This document shows, in pieces, positions 19,285-26,243 of a stretch of DNA of 26,243 nt (positions within the stretch are counted from its first letter, which is position 1; each line of letters opens with the position of its first letter). The translations under genes and the position numbers were made by a program. The DNA lies in the NCBI RefSeq assembly GCF_006345805.1, contig NW_021836064.1, positions 1 through 26,243 of the forward strand, given 5' to 3'. The stretch comes from Octopus sinensis (lineage: Eukaryota). Below the pieces are notes generated by a model. That model had not been told where the DNA came from. It saw only the letters and a list, made by a program, of their open reading frames with translations, and ran no database searches.

Positions 19285-19470
19285 AATATATATATGTATG
19301 ATATATAAGTATGTATATATGTGTGTGTATATATATTTCTATATATAGGTATATATATATATATGTATATATGTGTGTGTGTGTGTATGTGTGTGTTAGA
19401 TTGTTTGTGTGTGTATGTGTGTGTGTGTGTGTGTGTGTGTTACACTTGCTCGTACGCATGCACACATACA
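19285..19470. repeat. (TA)n/(TG)n microsatellite
   Basis: Directly visible. Confidence 0.9.
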
Positions 19471-19929
19471 TTTTATAACGAATGACTTTTTTTATTGCAG
19501 CAATTTACCTTTGCATTCCTAGTTAGGTTAGGGGAACTGGTTGCAATAAAACCGTTTCTGTCCCTTTGAACTTGCTAAGTGCCGAATAAACCCCACTTAA
19601 ACCTTACTCGATGCCACCTGTCTCTTCGTCCCTCCCTTTCACCCTCGGTGTCTCACAGCCACCCAGCCATACATAAGCACTTAGTCTACTATATTGCTTT
19701 GGAAATTCCCTCTCTGCTCACGGGCTTTGTTTTGTTTTGTAGAATGTTTTTTTCTCTATTGCAACCACTTATTCTAAGCAATTTAAAGTGAGTAGAAGCC
19801 ATATTAATACCATCCAGTTTTCCTTACTCCATAAATCCTGAAAACGTGGTTGGTTCATGCATGTGATGAACGAAAGACAAATTAACTTGTTGGATATCTC
19901 TCAATCTCTCTTTTGCTCTCTCCTGGATA

Positions 19930-20200
19930 TGACCTATGTTTTGAAATACTGAGCAGGGGAGATAACTGAAGTGAAATATTTCATACTGGTGATAAAAATA
20001 TGATTTTCAAATCCAGATTATTGGAAACTTGATCCCTTTCTCTTGTTACCACACATCTTCCAGTTTTGAAGATCATTACTCACTTCTTATCAGATAAATA
20101 GATATAAAAAAATTCAATGGGATGATTTCGTCAGTCCCCGTTTTTTTCTATTGGTTAGAAGACAAAGCAGTATTCACGATCCTTTAATGTGCCTCCGTGA
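19930..20200 (-). mobile_element. Possible ancient LINE RT-upstream remnant
   Basis: Weak minus-strand matches: KKTGTDEIIP (KS.GPDGIP-like), NWK, KGSS..ITSMKYF (KG..NYRPISLTS-like). Confidence 0.3.
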
Positions 20201-20424
20201 TTGGAGGAAGGGAAAAGGAAAGGATATCCTGAAGCTGAATGCTTACAAGGGAGTGAACTCCGATTAAGGTCCCCATGTACCAGGTGATGTTATCAAATTA
20301 GTTGACAGATTTTCTTGGTTCACATCACTTAGTTTCCCAGTCTCAGAACGTCGCTCAGGGACAGATGCTTAACATTCATTAATAGTTAGTCTAGGGAGAA
20401 ATAAAATGTCTAGAGAGATGGTAG

Positions 20425-20578
20425 CTAGCTGTGTGGTAAGTAGTTTCTTCCCAATCTCATAGGTATGGGTTCAGTCCTAATGCATGGGATCTTGATCAAG
20501 TGTCTTCTGCTATAGACTCGGGCCGACCAAAGTCGATTTGGTAGATGGAAATTGAAAGAAGCCCGTTGTTTATATATC
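20425..20578 (+). mobile_element. SINE-A 5' half
   Basis: gctgtgtggtaagtag...caagtgtcttctgctatag...gggccgaccaaag...gaaagaagcccg. Confidence 0.8.
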
Positions 20579-20774
20579 GTTAATGGTGTGAAACTGTGTA
20601 ATGCCATCAGGTTGGTAACTGATGAAGAATTAGGGACTTCCTGTTTTTGTTTTCCGTCCGTTTGTGCACTCAATATAAGTTTTTCCGTTCGTCTGTGCAT
20701 TCATTATACATTTTTTCGATTGAGCATTTACTACACATTTTTCACTTATATATATATATATACATATATATATA

Positions 20775-20938
20775 CGACGGGCTTCTTCGAGTTTCCGTCT
20801 ACCAAATCTGCTAATATGGTTTTGGTCGACCCTTGGGTATAGTAGAAGACACTTGCCCAGGTATCATCGCAGTGGGATTGAACCTGCAACCACGTGATTG
20901 GGAAGCGCAGACTTCTTACCACGCAGCCACGTCTGCGC
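20775..20938 (-). mobile_element. SINE-A 5' half
   Basis: cgacgggcttc...ccgtctaccaaatc...agacacttgccc...cttaccacgcagccac. Confidence 0.85.
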
Positions 20939-20939
20939 T

Positions 20940-21101
20940 TATACATACATACATACATACATATATACATACATACATGCATATATATATGTATGTATGT
21001 ATATATATCTTATATATATTATATTATATATATATACAATTAAGGGCTCCTAATAAAGATGGCCGAGTGCTGGGAACACAAAATAATATTATACCCTTCT
21101 T

Positions 21102-21136
<35 letters not shown>

Positions 21137-21200
21137 TATATATATATACATAGATATACGTATATATATATATTGTGTGTGTATATATATATAAAGGTGT
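20940..21200. repeat. (CATA)n/(TA)n microsatellite region
   Basis: Directly visible. Confidence 0.85.
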
Positions 21201-21214
21201 AGGTATATTTGTGC

Positions 21215-21360
21215 TTAGATTTGTTCCCGTCCCCACCGTTTGTCGGTTTGTTCACGTCCCCGTAACTTAGTCGTTTGTGAAAAAAAATTAAGAGACCGAC
21301 AGAAAATGCTTAAAAAAGGGAAAAAATTATGTTGGTGTCCAAGTTATTCGTCTAAAGTTT
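21215..21360 (+). mobile_element. SINE-A 3' half (degenerate)
   Basis: cacgtccccgtaacttag...agagaccgacagaa...ttcgtctaaag. Confidence 0.65.
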
Positions 21361-22399
21361 TCAATGTGGTCTTTCCGTTCGTTCTTCCATACCTCTAAGG
21401 TATGGATTGAAAAAGATGACGTCTGCAGGATTTCGAGTCAGTATACTGCAAAACATTTTTTTTTTCCGCAGCTTTAACAATTGCTCCAGTTCATCGCAAA
21501 AATATTTCTGTAAAATATAACATAAAAATAGAATTTCCATTTGAAAATTGATTCTGAAAGACTTTAAAATTTGTAAGATAATCAATGAATTTCTTTATAT
21601 TGTTAGTTAAACGTCTTTTTATCGAGCAATCCTTTGACGGCAAGCGATGGTGAGTTAAAAGTCGACACGACATTTCATACAATGTTATTTTGAATATATA
21701 ATTTTGTGCAATAGCTTTAATTATAAAATCGTATTAAATATAAAGCAATTCTTAATGTGCAATGAATTCTACATATAGCCTCATTTTTATGTATAGAATT
21801 TTCAATATAATATAGAAATAACATTCCCATTCGAAAAATTCTTAAAGATATATTTAGTTAACTTAAAAAATTGTATCCGATAACCAATGGATCTATTTAT
21901 ATTTTGAAGTGGTTGTGTGTGTGTGTGTGTGTGTGTTTGTGTGCGTACGTACGTGCATATCGCTTTGTCTTATGTGTGGGCTGTGGGTGAAATCAGTTCA
22001 GTTCAAGTGTATATTATTCTTGAATGAATTATGGAATTTGTATGCGCATGCGTATTAAATGTCTGTGGGAGATTTACTTACTAACCTGAAGGGCACTGTT
22101 CTCTGTACATGTTTATTCCGAAGGTGTTGAATATAAATGTGTTAAGGAAATGAGAGAGGGAGATAGAAGGAGAGAGGAGGAGAGAGCGGGAAGGAGAGAA
22201 AGAGAAAGAGAAAGAGGTAGAGAGAGAAAAAACAGACCGAAGAATTAGAGTAGGTCTGTTCATTGATCAAGTGTTTATATATTAAAATTTTGGATTATTC
22301 CAACGTACAGTAAAAACTTATATTGAAAATTGTCCTATTAAAGATATCTTATAAAATGTTATTTTTAAAAATATCAGCGATATGATTTTTGCAAAGAAA

Positions 22400-22670
22400 A
22401 CCTATTCTCTATATAAAATTGTTCGTTAATTATAATCAATATATAAAATTGTTTATGAAATTAACTTTTAAGGAATTATTCTAAGAAAATTCGCTTCGAT
22501 AAAAGAAAATTATTTCGATAAAAACCCTTTCGATGAAATGGCGTTTCGATCACAAGTTGTTTCAATGAAAAGTACTTCCGATAAAATGTTCCGATAAGCA
22601 GTCATCTCCGCAAAAGAATATTTCGTACCTGTAAAAACTCATTCTATAAAAAACGTTCGATAAAAGTCAA
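22400..22670. repeat. Degenerate ~15-bp tandem array (TTCGATAAAA motif)
   Basis: Motif starts at about 22495, 22514, 22529, 22545, 22561, 22577, 22590, 22607, 22621, 22642 and 22656. Confidence 0.65.
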
Positions 22671-22748
22671 TCAATACAAATTTGATGGTATTTGTCAAAA
22701 TATACGGATTATGACCTTTCATTTACTTGGTGATTGGAGTTTAGTGAG

Positions 22749-22813
22749 CTAAATTAAGTACCAGTTGGCCCCACGCCAAAATTTTCGGGCCTTGTGCATA
22801 GAGTAGAAAAGAA
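22749..22813 (+). mobile_element. 65-bp truncated SINE-B2
   Basis: taaattaagtaccagtt...ggccttgtgcatagagtagaaaagaa flanked by 14-bp TSD tggagtttagtgag (22735-22748, 22814-22827). Confidence 0.85.
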
Positions 22814-22941
22814 TGGAGTTTAGTGAGGGGGTAATTCGTTCACGTCAGAGTAAACTCAAGAATAATTCTAAAAATGGCAAACGAAAAATCTCTTGCGGTT
22901 AGCTGCGGGTAAGGTTTCAAATAGTGATCAAATCCTCTACT

Positions 22942-23064
22942 AGTCCCACCTTGGGCAAGTGTCTTCTACTATAGCCTCGGAGCGACCAAAGCATTGTAAG
23001 TGGATTTAATAGATGGAAACTGAAAGAAACTCGTCGTGTGTGTATCTATCTATCTATCTATCTA

Positions 23065-23152
<88 letters not shown>

Positions 23153-23343
23153 CGGTGTGTGTGTGTGTGTGTGTGTGTCCCTACCATCGCTTGACAACCG
23201 TTGTTGGTGTGTTTACGCCCCCGTTATCTAGCGGTTCGGAAAAGTACTAGGCTTACAAAGAATATGTCTTGGGTTCGATTTGTTTGACTAAAGATGTTGC
23301 TCCAGCATGGCCGCAGTCAAATGATTGAAACAAGTAAAAGAAT
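22942..23343 (+). mobile_element. SINE-A, 5'-truncated, with an expanded (TATC)(TGTC)(TG) internal tract
   Basis: Matches SINE-A from accttgggcaagtgtc to the 3' end. Confidence 0.9.
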
Positions 23344-23542
23344 CTTTTCAATTATAGGCAGAAGGCTTGAAATTTGTGGGGATGGAGAAAGTCGAGTACT
23401 TCAATCCCAGTGCTCAACTGGTGCTTATTTCACTGGCCAAGAAAGATAAAAGGCAAAATAGACCTCGGCGGAATCTGAACTCAGAAGGAAAAGACGTAAG
23501 CATGTTGCCCAACGTTCTAACGGTTCTGCCAACTCATCGCCA
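23344..23542 (-). mobile_element. SINE-B2, degenerate
   Basis: gacctcggcggaatctgaactcagaa...taagcatgttgccc...ctgccaactcatcgcc. Confidence 0.75.
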
Positions 23543-23808
23543 TGGAATTTCTTTTTTGTATTAATGTTTGTATATAGGCACAGGAGTGGCTGTGTAGTGC
23601 ACTTGTAACTCCTGAAATTTCTCAGAGATGCAAAATCAAAATTTGCAACCCCTACATACTTTGCCAGGTTTAGAAAATAGTGTCTAAAAATTGATCTGTA
23701 AAAAGTTGTTTGATGTTAGGTTTCTTCTCAAAACAAGATCAAAGAACAAAAATAAATTTTTAAAAAGGTCCAGAATGCTTACTGATGAAGCTGGCCATAA
23801 AATTCTCG

Positions 23809-24210
23809 AGGCGTAGGAGTGGCTGTGTGGTACGAACTACATGGTTCCAGTTTCAGCCCCACTGTGTGGAACCTTGGGAAAGTGTCTTCTACTATAGCCT
23901 CGGGCCGATCAAAGCCTTGTGAGTGGATTTGGTAGACGGAAACTGAAAGAAGTCCGTCGTATATATGTATATATATATGTATGTGTGTGTATATGTTTGT
24001 GTGTCTGTGTTTGTCCCCCCAACATCGCTTGACAACCGATGCTGGTGTGTTTAGGTCCCTGTCACCTAGCGGTTCGGCAAAAGAGACCGATAGAAATAGT
24101 ACTAGGCTTACAAAGAATAAATCCTGGGGTCGATTTGATTCGTCTAAAGGCGGTGCTCCAGCATGGCAGCAGTCAAATGGCTGAAACAAGTAAAAGAATA
24201 AAAGAAAAGA
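23809..24210 (+). mobile_element. SINE family A, full length
   Basis: From aggcgtaggagtggctgtgtgg to cagtcaaatggctgaaacaagtaaaaga plus an A-rich tail. Confidence 0.93.
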
Positions 24211-24510
24211 AAGAACAGAAATAACTGAATATTCCTAAGTTACAAATACCTTGAACATTCTTTTCAATATATCACCTGTGATAGCGCATGATCTAGCGTT
24301 CAGGCTGCCAGCCTTCCTTTTTATAGTGGATCGGTTCTCGGACAGGCGTCGCGTTGAGGTCTTAGGCAAGACACTAACCAGATGGTATAGCCCACTCAGC
24401 TAAAATCGAGTTTCCCATGAGTTAGCGTGGCACCCACCAGAATAGTGATACAAATATTTGAAAATACAAGATGTCAAAGACTTATGATAGTTAACGCACA
24501 ATACATGTTA

Positions 24511-24972
24511 ATATAGTAAATACATTCTCAAGGCGACGAGCTGGCAGAAACGTTAGTATCCTTTTGGGGTCGATAAATTAAGTACCAGTTGCGTACTGTG
24601 GTCGATCTAATCGACTGCACCTCCAACCCAAAATTCAGGACTTGTGCCTAGAGTAGAAAAGAATATAGTAAATACATTCTCAAGGCGACGAGCTGGCAGA
24701 AACGTTAGTATCCTTTTGGGGTCGATAAATTAAGTACCAGTTGCGTACTGTGTTCGATCTAATCGACTGCACCTCCAACCCAAAATTTAGGGCCTTGTGC
24801 CTAGAGTAAAAAAGAATATAGTAAATACATTCTCAAAGCGACGAGCTGACAGAAACGTTAGCATCCTTTTGGGGTCGATAAATTAAGTACCAGTTGCGTA
24901 CTGAGGTCGATCTAATCGACGGCACCCACCACCCAAATTTTAGGGCCTTGCGCCTAGAGTAGAAAAGAATAT
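24511..24972 (+). repeat. Three tandem 152/153-bp units, each flank plus internally deleted SINE-B2
   Basis: atatagtaaatacattctca starts at 24511, 24663 and 24816. Each unit is head ggcgacgagctggcagaaacgttag joined directly to core and B2 tail, with no B box. Confidence 0.92.
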
Positions 24973-25445
24973 CGAGGTCGACTTTGCCTTTCATCCTTTC
25001 GGGGTTGATAAATTAAGTACCAGTTACGCACTGGGGTAGATGTAATCGACTTAATCCCTTTGTCTGTCCTTGTTTGTCCCCTCTGTGTTTAGCCCTTTCT
25101 GGGTGGTAAAGAAATGGGTATTTCGTCTGCCGTTACGTTCTGAGTTCAAATTCTGCCGAGGTCGACTTTGCCTTTCATCCTTTCGGGGTCGATAAATCAG
25201 GTACCAGTTACGCACTGGGGTCGATATAATCGACATAATCCATTTGTCTGTTCTTGTTCGTCCCCTCTGTGTTTAGCCCCTTGTAGGTAGTAAAGAAATA
25301 GGTAATTCGTCTGCCGTTACGTTCTGAGTTCAAATTCCACCGTGGTCAACTTTGTCTTTTATCTTTTCAGGATCGATAAATTAAGTACCAGTTGCGTACT
25401 GGGGTCGGTCAAAATTTTGGCCTTGTGCCTAGAGTAGAAAAGAAT
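24973..25445 (+). mobile_element. 5'-truncated SINE-B concatemer (about 2.5 units) ending in a B2 tail
   Basis: Junctions gaaatg|ggtatttcg (25116/25117) and gaaata|ggtaattcg (25300/25301) match the junction of the 10283-11395 array. Confidence 0.9.
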
Positions 25446-25461
25446 ATAGTAAATACATACT

Positions 25462-25660
25462 AGGCAGCAAGAATCGTTAACATGCCGGGCATAATGTTTA
25501 GCAGCGTTTCGCCTGTCTTTGTAATTTGGGTTCAAATTCCGCTGAGGTCAACTTTGCATTTCATACTTCGGGAAGATAAAAAATATGTACTATTTGAGTA
25601 CTAGGGTCGATGTGAACGACTTAACCCAACGCCTAAAATTGCTGGCCTTGTGTCAAAATG
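25462..25660 (+). mobile_element. SINE-B2, degenerate
   Basis: gaatcgttaacatgccgggc...ggttcaaattccgctgaggtcaactttg...aaaattgctggccttgtg. Confidence 0.75.
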
Positions 25661-25774
25661 ATAAAGTAAATATATTTAGTATTTAAAAAATATAAAGTAA
25701 ATACATTTAGTACACACTTTCATACACACACATATTTCGATTTTACATATCTACAGAGAAAGAAAACAAGCATA

Positions 25775-25987
25775 TGTACATACATATATACAACATACAT
25801 AATACATACCTTACATACATACATAATACGTACATTCATATACATCATCTCATATCTATCTATCTATCATCTATCTATCTATCTATATATATATATATAT
25901 ATATAATATATATATACAATATATATATACATATATATATATATGTATGTATATATATATTATATATATATATATATATTAATATAG

Positions 25988-26021
<34 letters not shown>

Positions 26022-26243
26022 ACAGAAAGAAGCACAGAATTAACTTTATACACACACATGTAAAGTTATTCTGCTCATACACACGCACACACACAAACAC
26101 AACAACACACAAACACACACACACACACACATATATTATATATATATATATAATATAATATATATATATATATATATATAAAAAGCTATGTAAATATATA
26201 TATATATATATAATATATATATATATAATATATATATATATAC
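25775..26243. repeat. Compound microsatellite (CATA)/(TATC)/(TA)/(GA)/(CA)
   Basis: Directly visible. Confidence 0.95.

Noticed and set aside
19550-19562. Telomere-like ttaggttaggg near 19522-19532 and adjacent sequence
   Set aside because: Only one TTAGGG unit; expected by chance.
23778-23800. CTGATGA as a hammerhead core
   Set aside because: No stem II or downstream GAAA in the required arrangement.
24511-24972. CRISPR-like repeat-spacer array
   Set aside because: Whole 152-bp units are duplicated, with no variable spacers.
96-26043. Dozens of ORFs rich in YI/HT/CV/LS dipeptides
   Set aside because: They are translations of (TA)n, (CA)n, (TG)n and (CT)n microsatellites, which lack stop codons.

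Overview
Eukaryotic, AT-rich, repeat-saturated non-coding DNA. It is most likely from an octopus-like cephalopod; this is inferred from the SINE families and microsatellite load, not checked by search. No host protein-coding gene can be called with confidence. Contents: (i) many (TA)n/(CA)n/(TATG)n/(GTT)n microsatellites, which generate most of the listed ORFs; (ii) at least five tRNA-derived SINE families, labelled A, B, C, D and E here, several with clear target-site duplications (TSDs); (iii) decayed mariner and Tc1 transposases, a mariner MITE, a non-autonomous Helitron, a young 5'-truncated CR1-type LINE and decayed Penelope-like remnants; (iv) a 45-bp minisatellite with an 87-bp higher-order repeat. 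The most notable structures are: a six-unit SINE-B concatemer inside a single 10-bp TSD, whose head-to-tail junction recurs at an independent locus 14 kb away (a candidate retro-mobile satellite); a LINE/SINE-A shared 3' tail whose stem-loop is kept by compensatory changes; and a variant minimal hammerhead-like motif. Family labels A-E are working names. Superfamily assignments come from recalled similarity and need a Dfam/Repbase search.
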